NCBI GenBank assembly: GCA_027064425.1 | Contig: JAMOPO010000015.1 | Location: forward strand, 365,959 to 429,958 | Reading direction: 5' to 3' | DNA from: Methanobacteriota archaeon | GTDB lineage: Archaea > JAADCQ01 > Methanopyri > Methanopyrales > Methanopyraceae | Length of the DNA stretch: 64,000 bases | In this document: one piece after another, positions 9,401-18,181 of the stretch | Position numbering within the stretch: position 1 is the first letter of the stretch | Layout of the letters: every line of letters begins with the position of its first letter | Translations under genes and position numbers: made by a program | The notes under the pieces: model-generated | Database searches by the model: none | Told to the model about the DNA's origin: nothing | The model's input: the letters and a program-made list of their open reading frames with translations, nothing else

Positions 9401-10158
9401 GCCCTTCGCCGGCGCTCGTCGGGCATGGCCGCGTGGTAGCTGACGACCTCGACGTCGAGGCCGGCCCGCTCGGCGAGATCGCGGATGCGCTCCTCGACCT
9501 GGCGGACGAGGGTGGTCGTGGGCACGATATAGTACACGCGCCGGCCCGCGTGGGCCAGGAGGGCGCTCATCAGCGAGGCCCAGGAGGTCTTACCCGTGCC
9601 GGTCGGGGCCAGGATCGAGAAGCTGCAGCCACGGATCAGGCGCCGCGTCCACACGGCTTGGGCGGAGTACAGCCGGAACCCGGTCGCCTCCTCGAACGCG
9701 CGGTTCGCGATCTCGGTGAAGAGCTCGGGCCAAACGTGCTCGCGGAAGAACTCCTCGACGCGCTCGCGGTCGACCTCGCCCCGCTCGGCCCGGTCGCGGA
9801 GGAGCTTGAGCACCAGGAGAACCTCGCCCACGGTCCCGTGCTCCTTCCGGGCGGTCTTGAGCGCGTCCAGGAGCCGATCCGTCTCGTAGGGGAGGCAGCG
9901 CTCGCAGATGCCGATGCGAGAGGTGAGCCGGATCGAGGAGCAGTCGCCACCGCAGATCACGCACGCGGAGCCGAAGATGGCGACGGGCTCGTTCGGGTCC
10001 GTCCCGGAGATGTCCTTCTCGCGGACCCGGTCCGGGTCCTCCAGGTGCTCCTCCAGCCGCTCGGACAGCCGCTCGATGGTCTCAGAACACTCCTGAAGGA
10101 TCGGCTCGGCGAGGTCCTGGAAGCCCTCTGGGACGAGCTCCAGCACGTCATCCAGCAT
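6472..10158 (-). CDS. rgyB: Reverse gyrase subunit B (helicase domain plus N-terminal part of topoisomerase IA)
   Basis: N-terminal Zn finger, APTGTGKT, DDVD, SAT, QASGRVSR, VESPNKA, DPDTEGE, SAGRVQTP; ends before the active-site Tyr region. Confidence 0.93.
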   Translation of the reverse strand: MLDDVLELVPEGFQDLAEPILQECSETIERLSERLEEHLEDPDRVREKDISGTDPNEPVAIFGSACVICGGDCSSIRLTSRIGICERCLPYETDRLLDALKTARKEHGTVGEVLLVLKLLRDRAERGEVDRERVEEFFREHVWPELFTEIANRAFEEATGFRLYSAQAVWTRRLIRGCSFSILAPTGTGKTSWASLMSALLAHAGRRVYYIVPTTTLVRQVEERIRDLAERAGLDVEVVSYHAAMPDERRRRAQERIREGDFDVLITTAQFLVHRVEELERLDFDVIFVDDVDAIIRGTGRNVDRVLRVAGLEQDEIDAAYRLANLRRRYYSLRDWLESLEERGEEERAERVRRDLEELEKELEELEEEVEEAKGRDLAQIVFMSATGAAAPSRRLAVVRELFDFEVGAGGEGLRNIQDLVVPKEPSPEAVREVVERVGPEGGLVFVPQRLPGGERAREVAEEIAEHLREHGIEARAVHAGTSAEEREEAIDAFAEGEVDVLVAVASPYGVIVRGLDLPQAARYAVFYGVPRQRIRLTPEEEDLKDVTYVASALSNLARLIDDTQLRSRLEGVAGRLWRIVRRGAWYRERVEEAVEDLSIEELQDLADRNADEIADELDVEPWLARNVRTLAEGVRELLNLLGDRERVERLAREATTVAVREEDGDSFLEVPDLRTYVQASGRVSRLFAGGVTFGLSFVLCDPDDDRELRLLNGLIRRMSYTYGTEFEWKSYPEELTADDIGLNLEGVSEEELDELVEKVDDDRERVRKILRGELEPEEAGKLARSALMIVESPNKARMIASLFSRRPSRRRLDGGVAYEAAAEGLHLTVVATQGHVADLVEDEGVFGVEQVGDRWVPVYDVLGRCRECGEQVVGREECPNCGGEVELKTPLLESIRDLAAEADVILIGTDPDTEGEKIGWDVFNYLGWVTAEVHRTEFHEVTRRGISEALEEENWKDVDAGRVSAQILRRVADRWIGFALSQDLWEVFKLLTIDLGERDRGTFIELRIRLPEGVKIIDFRRRFEDEDVPSRPVRVRREGDEYVVRTRISRGGQVTYVATLMDENRELGDAESVREDAVEVRAVVNGEEVEPDVELEAMTWLSAGRVQTPVLGWVIDRAREYEETEFYACRAQLPGDGEEETTALIEELRLPPELAERLSDAAIDVLRRVAREGADATFSEKELGRLAQTDLFEPVGDAYRLSDRARELLNERGLIGLLAELLKEVGG

Positions 10159-10738
10159 CGTCTTTCAGCCCCTCGACGGCGCGAACGAGTCGTTCTAGTC
10201 GGGCGTGGCCCCTGGCCAGCAGCCGGTTGCACATCTCGACCAGGTGAGGCCAGGCCTCCCTCCTGATCGTCTCGCGCCCGTCGATCTTGACGGGCACTTC
10301 CATGCGCTCGGAGCCGAGGATCTCCACCACCACTTTTGAATCTTTGATCGAGCGGATGGAGGAGGCCTTGAACCCGGCCTCGGAGGCGGCGGAGCGCAGG
10401 CGCCGGGCCGCCTCCAGGTCGCGGCACAGGACGTGGAAGAGCGGCGGCTGGGCCTTCAGCCACGTGAGACCCTCGTCCGGGGCGCGCCGGACGGCCTCGC
10501 GCACCTCCTCCACCTCGACCGGCTCGTGCCACTTCGCGACGAACTCGGAGCCGCGCTTGTCCCCCACCTCGGGCTCGTGGAGCACGATGATGCGGCCCGA
10601 GCAGCTGCTCGTCGTGCAGTAGTCCGGGAGCGAGTTGATCGCCTCGAGGACGGGGATCGCCGGCTCGTCCACCTCGCCCCGCTCGATCGCCTCCTCGAGC
10701 TGGCGGAGGCGGCGCCGCTTCTCGCCCTCCCAGTGCAA
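10148..10738 (-). CDS. taw3: tRNA wyosine-pathway methyltransferase Taw3/TYW3
   Basis: TTSSCSGRI, KWH, PPLFHV, AGFKAS. Confidence 0.88.
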   Translation of the reverse strand: MHWEGEKRRRLRQLEEAIERGEVDEPAIPVLEAINSLPDYCTTSSCSGRIIVLHEPEVGDKRGSEFVAKWHEPVEVEEVREAVRRAPDEGLTWLKAQPPLFHVLCRDLEAARRLRSAASEAGFKASSIRSIKDSKVVVEILGSERMEVPVKIDGRETIRREAWPHLVEMCNRLLARGHARLERLVRAVEGLKDDAG

Positions 10739-10795
10739 GGTCAGTGCCGCCTGAGCTCCTCATTTATCCTCGGCGTTCGGTCGCCTCATCATCCG
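10738..10795 (-). ncRNA. Box C/D sRNA
   Basis: ATGATGA-GGCGACCGAACG-CCGA...AAATGA-GGAGCTCAGGCGGCA-CTGA, directly upstream of taw3. Confidence 0.75.
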
Positions 10796-10806
10796 GGGGC
10801 TCGGGG

Positions 10807-11826
10807 TTGAAGGATCTCCGGAACTGTAAACTCTGCGCCTGGGAGTGCGGAGTAGACCGGCTCGAAGGCGAGCGCGGGGTCTGCCGGGTTACGGAGCCCG
10901 TCGTGGCCTCGAAACAGCTGCACCCGGCCCCGCCCGCGAGCTACACGGTGTTTATGGCCGGGTGCAACTACCGCTGCCTGAACTGCCAGAACTGGGACAT
11001 CGCGCACTTCCCGGACAACCCGGAGGGGCGCGTGCTCGGGTACCAGGACCCGAAGGAGCTGGCCGTCGAGGCCGTGAACATGATCGAAACGCCGCAGGGT
11101 CGCGCGATCGGCGCCGACCGAATCTTCTTCTCCGGGGGCGAGCCGACCGTTCACCTCCCCTACGTTGAGAAAGTCGTCGAGCACTTCCGCGAGACGACGG
11201 ACATCTGGAAGGTCAACTTCGACACGAACGGGTTCGCCACGCGGAAGAGCATGCGGCGGATCATCCGGCTCGCGGACTCGATCACGTTCGACTTCAAGGC
11301 GTACTCGGACGAGCTGCACCGCGCGATCACCGGCGCGCCCGTGGAACCCGTTCTCCGGAACCTGGAGCTGCTGATCCCCTCCCACCTGGACCTGATCTGG
11401 GAGGTCCGGATCCTGCTGATCCCGGAGGCGCACGACGAGGAGGAGATCCGGAGTATGTGCGAGTTCCTGGCGGACCTGGACGAGTCCGTTCCCGTCTGCT
11501 TCCTGGCCTTCCGGCCGAACTTCGTCCTGGAGCGGCACCCGGGCGCGCCGCGGAAGCTCATGCAGCGGGCCGTGGAGATCGCGCGGGAGTGCGGGCTGGA
11601 GAACGCCTCCTGGTCGGGGCTGCCGGACCTCGAGGGCGAGGTCCCGCCCAGGGTCCGGGAGCGTCGGGAGAGGCTGCGGGAGCGGTACGACGGGCACGAG
11701 GGCGCCGCCCTGATGGCCGGTTACGCCCGCGAGGCTGGGTGCCCGTGCCACCCGCGGGACTGCCTGAGCTGCTCGAAGATGAGCGAGTGCCCGGTGAAGC
11801 GGTACCGGGCGGCGCGCCGGACGTAG
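10807..11826 (+). CDS. Radical SAM protein (PFL-activase-like)
   Basis: CNYRCLNC, SGGEP, DTNG; extra Cys clusters at both termini. Confidence 0.85.
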   Translation: MKDLRNCKLCAWECGVDRLEGERGVCRVTEPVVASKQLHPAPPASYTVFMAGCNYRCLNCQNWDIAHFPDNPEGRVLGYQDPKELAVEAVNMIETPQGRAIGADRIFFSGGEPTVHLPYVEKVVEHFRETTDIWKVNFDTNGFATRKSMRRIIRLADSITFDFKAYSDELHRAITGAPVEPVLRNLELLIPSHLDLIWEVRILLIPEAHDEEEIRSMCEFLADLDESVPVCFLAFRPNFVLERHPGAPRKLMQRAVEIARECGLENASWSGLPDLEGEVPPRVRERRERLRERYDGHEGAALMAGYAREAGCPCHPRDCLSCSKMSECPVKRYRAARRT

Positions 11827-12375
11827 CTACTCACGCCAGCGCTGGAACTCCTTGAACCGGCGCTTGATTCGGCCCGGGACGCCGGGAGGGCTGAGCTCGC
11901 CCAGGTACCCGCGACCGTCCTCCTCCGAGATCCTGACCTCCTCCCGCAGCTCGGCCCGAAGGAGGAACTCGCACAGGCCCGCGTTCCGGATCACCGCGTC
12001 CCGTGGACGGAGCGTGACGGACCAGACGTAGTACACCTTGAAGGCCGTGTCCGGGAACATCCCGCCCCCGAGGTCGACCGCGAGCACGTCGCACGAGGGC
12101 TCGCCGAGGGCCTCAAGCACCCGCTCGAGCGTCTCATACTCCCGGGCGTCGCCCGGGACGAACGTCAGCTCCTCATGCTCCCGCTCCAGCTCGGCCATGG
12201 CCTCGCGCGCCTCCTCCCCGTAGTCCACGGCCACGACTCGCTCCGGACCGCGGCTTAGGATCCTCCGCGTGGCCGCGCCCTTGTGGCAGCCGAGCTCCAC
12301 GACGGTGTCGCCCTCCCGCACGACTTCCCCGAGAAGCTCCCGGTAGCGGTCCACGGATCGCACGAGCGCGATCAA
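11827..12375 (-). CDS. Class I SAM-dependent methyltransferase
   Basis: VVELGCHKG motif I, VAVD, GDA. Confidence 0.75.
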   Translation of the reverse strand: MIALVRSVDRYRELLGEVVREGDTVVELGCHKGAATRRILSRGPERVVAVDYGEEAREAMAELEREHEELTFVPGDAREYETLERVLEALGEPSCDVLAVDLGGGMFPDTAFKVYYVWSVTLRPRDAVIRNAGLCEFLLRAELREEVRISEEDGRGYLGELSPPGVPGRIKRRFKEFQRWRE

Positions 12376-12420
12376 GCTCGGGCCCCGCTAGGCTTTTGTT
12401 CGGGCGGTGCGCGGATCCCG

Positions 12421-12488
12421 CCGGATGATGACGGTTTCAGGCGCCGAGTTCGGCCGGGGATGCGGATATCTCCCCGCACTGACCCCGG
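12421..12488 (+). ncRNA. Box C/D sRNA
   Basis: ATGATGA-CGGTTTCAGGCG-CCGA...GGATGC-guide-CTGA, with CCGG terminal stem. Confidence 0.8.
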
Positions 12489-12551
12489 AGGGTGACGAGG
12501 GCCTTCCGGGGACCGAAGGGGGTGACGAGACCGGCCCGCGCTACCGACTCC
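12487..12551 (+). ncRNA. Box C/D sRNA (tandem)
   Basis: GTGACGA-guide-CCGA-GTGACGA-guide-CCGA, with GGAG/CTCC terminal stem. Confidence 0.75.
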
Positions 12552-13644
12552 GGGTGACCACCACCACCGCCTTCCTGTTGTTCACCCCCACCCGGAACCG
12601 CTCCTCCGCGATCACCTCGCCGCCCAGCTCCCTCCTCAAGCGCCGGATCATCCGACCATAGTAACGGTCGCCGATGGACAGGCCGACCCCGTACTCGCCG
12701 AGGTCCAGGGTGGCGTGGCCGGCCCCGTCGATGTTCTTCCCGTGCGCCAGCCGGGTTAGGATGCTCCTGATCATGGCCGCGCTCGGCGGCGCGTCACCCG
12801 TCACGATCTCCCTGACCTCCTCCAGCGCCTCCTCCACCAGCTCCTGCGCCATCCCGCCGATCTCGAGGCCCCGAAGCTCCGTCAGGTCCGCCCGCGTGGT
12901 GCGGTGGCCCTCGATCAACGAGCCGTCGACCCACTCCCGCAGCACCAGCTTGGCCGCCCCCTCCAGGTCCCGGCCGAGCCGGTCGGCGATGTCCCGGAGG
13001 ACCTCCTCCGGATCGTCCCTCTCCTCGACGTCGAAGCGCTCCTCGATCGCGCCGGGGTACTCGCGCAGCACCCGGTCGATCACGCGGGTCGCCGGGGTGA
13101 CCGGGTCCTCAAGCACGTCCGGGTCGAGGGCACCGGCCTCCTCCCCGACCTCCTCCGTCGGCACGACTCCCGGCGAGTCGATGACGAGGAGCTTCCGGCT
13201 CCCGCGCACCCACATCTTGCCCCTCGTGTAGCCGGCCTCCCGTGACGTCTCGGTGGCCGACCGCCGGACGAGCGCGTTGATGAGCATGGACTTGCCGACG
13301 TTCTGCACGCCCACGACGCCCACGCGCACGGTCTCCACGTCCTCCGGCGCAACCTCGAAGATCGCGCGCCGCAGGTAGCGGATGCCCATACGCTCTCGGG
13401 CACTCACGTAAACCGTGGGCACTCCCTCCTCCGCCTCGATGCGCTCCTTGATCTCCTCCGCCCGGACCCGCGGGACCAGGTCCGCCTTGTTGAGCACGAC
13501 CACCCGGGTGTAGTCGAACACGTCCTCGAGCCGCTCGAGCCGGTCCCACCGGGTCTCCTCCGGGTACCGGATGTCCCGGACGTCGAGGACCACGTGCGCC
13601 TCGGAGAGGACGCGCATCACGTGCCGGTACCAGCGCGGCGGCAG
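12541..13644 (-). CDS. Circularly permuted GTPase (YlqF/RbgA family) with C-terminal extension
   Basis: NKAD precedes GVQNVGKS and DSPG; probable CTG start at 13644 (alternative GTG at 13620). Confidence 0.85.
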   Translation of the reverse strand: MPPRWYRHVMRVLSEAHVVLDVRDIRYPEETRWDRLERLEDVFDYTRVVVLNKADLVPRVRAEEIKERIEAEEGVPTVYVSARERMGIRYLRRAIFEVAPEDVETVRVGVVGVQNVGKSMLINALVRRSATETSREAGYTRGKMWVRGSRKLLVIDSPGVVPTEEVGEEAGALDPDVLEDPVTPATRVIDRVLREYPGAIEERFDVEERDDPEEVLRDIADRLGRDLEGAAKLVLREWVDGSLIEGHRTTRADLTELRGLEIGGMAQELVEEALEEVREIVTGDAPPSAAMIRSILTRLAHGKNIDGAGHATLDLGEYGVGLSIGDRYYGRMIRRLRRELGGEVIAEERFRVGVNNRKAVVVVTRSR

Positions 13645-13700
13645 GGTCGCGCCCCCCTTAGCCTTTTTATCCCGGTGTTAACTCTCGGTCGGCACCGGGG

Positions 13701-14819
13701 GTGGTCGGCATTAAATCTGACCTCGAGGTTCTGGAGACGCTGCAGCGGGACGTAGAGCCGGCCCAGGACGGAGCACTCCCGCGGCTGGTCGACGAGAAGA
13801 TCGTCAAGGAGCTGTACGAGCAGGGTGAGCTGTTCGCCTCCTTCGGCGCCTACTACCGGCGGGAGAAGGGCTGCAAGGTGATGAAGGCGGCCGTGGACGG
13901 GGGCTTCGTTTGCCCGAACAAGGACGGTAGGATCTCGAAGGTGGGGTGCCTGTTCTGCCCGAAGATGGGCCGTACGATCATCACGCCCAACGTGGACCCG
14001 AAGAAGAAGATCGAGGAGCAGGCTAAGAAGCAGATGGAGGTCTTCCGGGAGCGGTACGGGGCGGAGAAGTTCCTCGTCTACTTCTACCCGGCGACGAACA
14101 CGTACGCGCCGCCGGACGTGCTGGAGGAGCTGTACAACCGGGCGCTGGAGATGGAGGACGTGGTCGGCCTGTCCATCGGCACGCGGCCCGACTGCCTGCC
14201 GGACGAGGTCCTGGACCTGCTGGAGGATTACGTGAAGGAGGGCTACGACGTCTGGCTGGAGATCGGCGTTCAGTCGTACCACCACCGGACGCTGATGCGG
14301 GTGCGCCGGGGTCACGGCCTGGCCGAGGTCGTGGACGCGATCATCCGGGCCAAGGAGCGGGGCATTCGGGTGGTCAACCACATCATCTTCGGCCTGCCGG
14401 GCGAGACGCGGGCTGAGATGCTGGAGACCGTGCGGATGCTCTCGGTGCTGGGCGTTGAGGCGGTGAAGCTGTACCCGCTGGTCGTCCTGGAGCGGACGGA
14501 CCTGGAGTGCCTGTACAAGAAGCGGCGGTACAAGCCGCTGAGCTACCGGGAGTACATCCGGCTGCTCGCGGACGCGCTGGAACGGATGGCGCCGACCGTG
14601 CTCATCCAGCGGCTGTCGAAGGACCGGGCGCCGGACGAGGAGGTGATCGAGCCGGAGTGGGACCTGTACCGGATGAGGGTGATCTCCGACGTGCGGAAGG
14701 AGCTGGCGCGGCGCGAGTCGCGGCAGGGTGCCAAGTACAAGGTGGGGCTGGACGCGGACGAGCTGGTGCCGCTGGTCAAGGGGGCCACGGGCGCGGAGGG
14801 CTCGGAGGTCCCGACCTAG
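13701..14819 (+). CDS. YhcC-type radical SAM protein
   Basis: GFVCPNKDG...GCLFC, TNTYAP, GLSIGTRPDCL. Confidence 0.88.
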   Translation: MVGIKSDLEVLETLQRDVEPAQDGALPRLVDEKIVKELYEQGELFASFGAYYRREKGCKVMKAAVDGGFVCPNKDGRISKVGCLFCPKMGRTIITPNVDPKKKIEEQAKKQMEVFRERYGAEKFLVYFYPATNTYAPPDVLEELYNRALEMEDVVGLSIGTRPDCLPDEVLDLLEDYVKEGYDVWLEIGVQSYHHRTLMRVRRGHGLAEVVDAIIRAKERGIRVVNHIIFGLPGETRAEMLETVRMLSVLGVEAVKLYPLVVLERTDLECLYKKRRYKPLSYREYIRLLADALERMAPTVLIQRLSKDRAPDEEVIEPEWDLYRMRVISDVRKELARRESRQGAKYKVGLDADELVPLVKGATGAEGSEVPT

Positions 14820-14840
14820 CCTCCCCACGCCCGGACGCGT

Positions 14841-14863
14841 TCGTTACGAACCTCGAAACGATT
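14841..14863. repeat. Intergenic palindrome, copy 2
   Basis: TCGTTACGA-ACC-TCGAAACGATT. Confidence 0.78.
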
Positions 14864-14868
14864 CGGCG

Positions 14869-15331
14869 CGGCGGCGGCCGTGGGTGGGCTATAGCCCGCC
14901 TTCTGTAGTCTTAGCTGGCGGCATTCACCTCAGCGGCCCACCATCCCCCTCCGGCCCGGTGTTCATCGGGGGCATCACCCTCGTATCATCGGGCTCATTC
15001 GGCCTCGCCCGCCGCCGGGCGGCCCGTTTCACCGATCCCGTCGGCGTCCTCTGCGGGTTAGCTCGGGCCCCGTCGCCGGGGCCCTTCTCGGCCCGCCGAC
15101 GGCGGGCCTCAGCCGCGTCATCGCCATCCGCCGACGGACGTGTCGTTTCTGTGGCCGGACCCCGGCCTCTCGGCCGGCCCCGTCTCGGGGCGGCGGCCCG
15201 GGCCCGGGGGCGGAGCTTCCTCCCCTTAGCGGCCTTCCGGCCGCACCCCGACGGGCCCGCCCTCATTGCCGTGCTCCGGCGGGCCCTTCCTCGGGGCGGG
15301 GGAGCCGCCAGCCCACCCACGGCCGCCGCCG
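14869..15331 (-). ncRNA. rnpB: RNase P RNA
   Basis: Minus strand carries CR-I GAGGAAGCTCCG, CR-II ACAGAAA, CR-III TGAAAC, CR-IV TGAATGC and CR-V ACAGAAGGCGGGCTA; perfect 22-bp P1 (14869-14890 with 15310-15331). Confidence 0.95.
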
Positions 15332-15420
15332 AGCGCCCCGGGACGCCGGCGGCTAATAGCCGTTTCCCCGCCCGGCTCCTAAACCTTATTTTACCCTCAG
15401 CGAGGCTCGCCCGCCGAGGG

Positions 15421-16764
15421 ATGCCCATGAAGGTCCGAGAGGTAGTCTCCTTACTCACGGACGTGCTCACGGAGCACTACCGCTCCGGAGTCTCACTGAA
15501 AGAGTCATTCTACCGAGTGTTCGACGACCCAATGTCCGTTCCCAGCTCCAAGGCGCGCATGATACACCGCCGACTGATGGAGCTGGGCAAGCGGATCGGC
15601 CTCTGCGAGGAGGTCATCGACGACATCATCGAGTCCTCCAGCTTCGAGGACCTACGACCCGAGCTCAAGGGCGTCCTCGTCGCGGCCGCCGACGAGATCC
15701 TCTTCGAGGGCACCAACCCCGCCCTCGTCACCGACGCGGCCACCCGGAAGGCCCGAAAAATGCTCCACGAGCGCGCCGCCGACTTCGTCCACGCCATCTG
15801 CTTCGACCTCGAGGAGTACGACCTGAGCCGGCTCAAGGAGCGCGGCTACGACGAGCTGTCCCTGGAGTACCACTTCCCGCCCGAGTTCATCGAGCACGCC
15901 CGGCGCGTGCTCCCGGAGGACGAGGTCGAGGAGTTCCTCAAGGCCTGCAACCGGCCGGCCACCAAGTACGTTCGGGTGAACACGCTCCACGCCGACTTGG
16001 AGGAAGTGGCCCAGCGCCTCAACGACGAGGGGGTGAAGGTCGAGCCCGATCCGCACGTGCCCGACCTGCTCAGGGTGGTCGAGGAGCAGGTACCCATCGT
16101 GCGCACCGAAGCGTGGCGGGAGGGCCTCGTGTTCACCCAGGACAAGGCCTCCGCCCTCGTCGGTCACGTGCTCAACCCGCAGCCCGGTGAGTTCGTGGTC
16201 GACCTGTGCGCGGCCCCCGGCGGCAAGACGCTCCACGCCCTGTGCCTCATGGAGGGTGAGGGCGAGATCCTCGCCGTGGACAAGTCGGACTGGCGCCTGG
16301 AGGCGATGAAGGAGAAGCTCGAGTGGCAGCGGGTTCCGGACGGCGTGATCGAGCTGAAGCACGCGGACGCGCGCGACCTGCCGGAGGAGCTCGAGGACGA
16401 GGCGGACCGGGTCATCGTCGACCCACCGTGCTCCGGCATGGGTTCGGTGCAGAAGCGGCCGGAGACGCGGTGGAACCTCAGTCGGAAGAGGGTCCGGCGG
16501 TACGCCAAGCTGCAGGCGGAGCTCCTGGAGGCGGGCGTCCGGGTGGCGCGGCCCGGCGGGGTGATCGTGTACTCCACCTGCACGCTCACGCTGGACGAGA
16601 ACGAGGGCGTCGTCCGACGGGTGATGCGCCGGCACGACGTGGAGCTGGAGGAGGTCAAGGCGGGCTTCGGCAGGGAGGGTCAGCTGAAGGGGACGCGGCG
16701 CTTCTACCCGCACTCCGACGACTGCCAGGGCTTTTTCATTGCCCGGCTAAGAAAACGCTCGTAG
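15421..16764 (+). CDS. RsmB/NOL1/NOP2 family RNA m5C methyltransferase
   Basis: RVNTL, QDKAS, DLCAAPGGKT, DPPCSG, YSTCT. Confidence 0.93.
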   Translation: MPMKVREVVSLLTDVLTEHYRSGVSLKESFYRVFDDPMSVPSSKARMIHRRLMELGKRIGLCEEVIDDIIESSSFEDLRPELKGVLVAAADEILFEGTNPALVTDAATRKARKMLHERAADFVHAICFDLEEYDLSRLKERGYDELSLEYHFPPEFIEHARRVLPEDEVEEFLKACNRPATKYVRVNTLHADLEEVAQRLNDEGVKVEPDPHVPDLLRVVEEQVPIVRTEAWREGLVFTQDKASALVGHVLNPQPGEFVVDLCAAPGGKTLHALCLMEGEGEILAVDKSDWRLEAMKEKLEWQRVPDGVIELKHADARDLPEELEDEADRVIVDPPCSGMGSVQKRPETRWNLSRKRVRRYAKLQAELLEAGVRVARPGGVIVYSTCTLTLDENEGVVRRVMRRHDVELEEVKAGFGREGQLKGTRRFYPHSDDCQGFFIARLRKRS

Positions 16765-16837
16765 GGTTCCGGAAACGTCGAAAAGAAAAACTCAAAGCCG
16801 ACCACCCGATTCGGTCCGCCTGGGGGTGCCGGGGCGC

Positions 16838-17995
16838 ATGCGAGCGCTGCCGGTCGTCGTGCTGGCCCTGCTGGCGACGCTGAGCGGGGCGGCGGTGGCG
16901 GAGGAGTCTCCCCTGGCCGGAGTGATGGTCCACCCATGGTCGCTGCAGCTGAGCGCCAGCCGACCAAAGGAGGTCCCGAAGGAGTACCTGGTGATCGTAG
17001 AGGCGCCGGCGGGCGCGAACCTGCCGCTGGGTAAGGCGTACTACGGCGTGTTCGTGTCGGACCCGAGGCACGCGGCGCTGATCGTGGACCTGACGCCAGC
17101 GGTGGTCGTTGAGTCCGATGACAAGGTGATCATCGACCCGAACGCGATCCCGGGCCGGAGGTACGCCAAGGTTCGGTTCAAGAAAGTGAAGCCGGGCAAG
17201 TTCGCGCTGCTGGCGCTGTCGCTGGAGACGAAGCCGCTGCCACTCAGCCTGCCGGTGAAGATGGTCAAGCCGGAGGGGCTGGAGCTGAAGGTTGGCCGAG
17301 TGAACGTCAAGCTGACGCGAGAGGTCGCTGAGGACCTGGCGCGGGTGCTGGCCACCTACGAGTACGGACTGCACCGGCGAGTGGACGTCGGCTACCTACA
17401 GGCGCTGGTGTTCAAGGTGCTGATCCGAGAGCAGCTGGTCAGCAGCGTCCCGTCGGAGCCGGAGAAGCTTGAGACCCGGCCGGGGACGAAGGAAACGGAG
17501 CGGAAGGAAACGGAGCAGAAGGAGGCGAAGCGGACGGAGACAGCCGAGACAGCCACGTCGACGACAGCCGAGGCGACAGCCGAGGCCACGACGAGGAAGG
17601 CCACGACGAAGACGACGAGGACAGAGGCCAAGAAGACTGAGACCGAGACTGCTACGACCGAAAAGACTGCTACTACGGCCAAGACCGCTGCCGAAACCAA
17701 GGCTGAAACCGAGGAGAAGAAGGTGAACGAGGAGACGGGCTACGCGCTGCGGGCCTTCCTGGAGGTCAACGGCGGTCGGAGCACCGACGTCCGAGCGGAA
17801 TTCGAGGCGACCAACCTGGAGCGGTTGATCGGTGAGGCCGCCAGCCTGGTCGAGGACTTCCTGAAGTCGCCAGAGGGCCAGAAGCTCGTGGGCGCCGCTG
17901 AGCGGACGGCGCGGGCAGGGGCCGCCGCCGCGCCGGTGGCCGCGGCAGCGGTCCTAGCGGGCCTGCTGGCGCCGGCGCGGGTCCGCCGGCACTAA
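16838..17995 (+). CDS. Secreted/cell-surface protein with T/A/K/E-rich linker and C-terminal anchor
   Basis: Signal peptide; low-complexity linker at ~17470-17720; hydrophobic tail ending RVRRH. Confidence 0.75.
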   Translation: MRALPVVVLALLATLSGAAVAEESPLAGVMVHPWSLQLSASRPKEVPKEYLVIVEAPAGANLPLGKAYYGVFVSDPRHAALIVDLTPAVVVESDDKVIIDPNAIPGRRYAKVRFKKVKPGKFALLALSLETKPLPLSLPVKMVKPEGLELKVGRVNVKLTREVAEDLARVLATYEYGLHRRVDVGYLQALVFKVLIREQLVSSVPSEPEKLETRPGTKETERKETEQKEAKRTETAETATSTTAEATAEATTRKATTKTTRTEAKKTETETATTEKTATTAKTAAETKAETEEKKVNEETGYALRAFLEVNGGRSTDVRAEFEATNLERLIGEAASLVEDFLKSPEGQKLVGAAERTARAGAAAAPVAAAAVLAGLLAPARVRRH

Positions 17996-18015
17996 CCTCC
18001 GCCGGCCCCCACAAC

Positions 18016-18025
18016 GTTTTTATAG
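18016..18025 (+). promoter_or_regulatory. TATA box for tRNA-Gly
   Basis: TTTTTATA about 30 nt upstream of the tRNA 5' end. Confidence 0.6.
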
Positions 18026-18054
18026 CGGCTGTGGGTCGGATCACGATGGGAGGC

Positions 18055-18130
18055 GCGGCCGCAGTCTAGTCTGGTAGGACGCGGGCCTTCCGAGCCCGTG
18101 GCCCGGGTTCAAATCCCGGCGGCCGCACCA
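18055..18130 (+). tRNA. tRNA-Gly(TCC), CCA encoded, C at position 8
   Basis: Acceptor GCGGCCG/CGGCCGC; anticodon arm CGGGC-CTTCCGA-GCCCG; T arm CCGGG-TTCAAAT-CCCGG; ends ACCA. Confidence 0.97.
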
Positions 18131-18133
18131 CCC

Positions 18134-18162
18134 GGAATCGTTACGAGGTTCGTAACGATTCC
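18134..18162. repeat. Intergenic palindrome, copy 3 (perfect)
   Basis: GGAATCGTTACGA-GGT-TCGTAACGATTCC. Confidence 0.85.
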
Positions 18163-18181
18163 CCCGGCGGGGAGGATGGCG

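Noticed and set aside
14728-15420. N-terminal extension of the 678-aa ORF and the 14925-15470 minus ORF
   Set aside because: Low-complexity shadow of RNase P RNA; the methyltransferase starts at 15421 or 15427
17470-17720. Short tandem-like repeats
   Set aside because: Coding Thr/Ala/Lys/Glu linker
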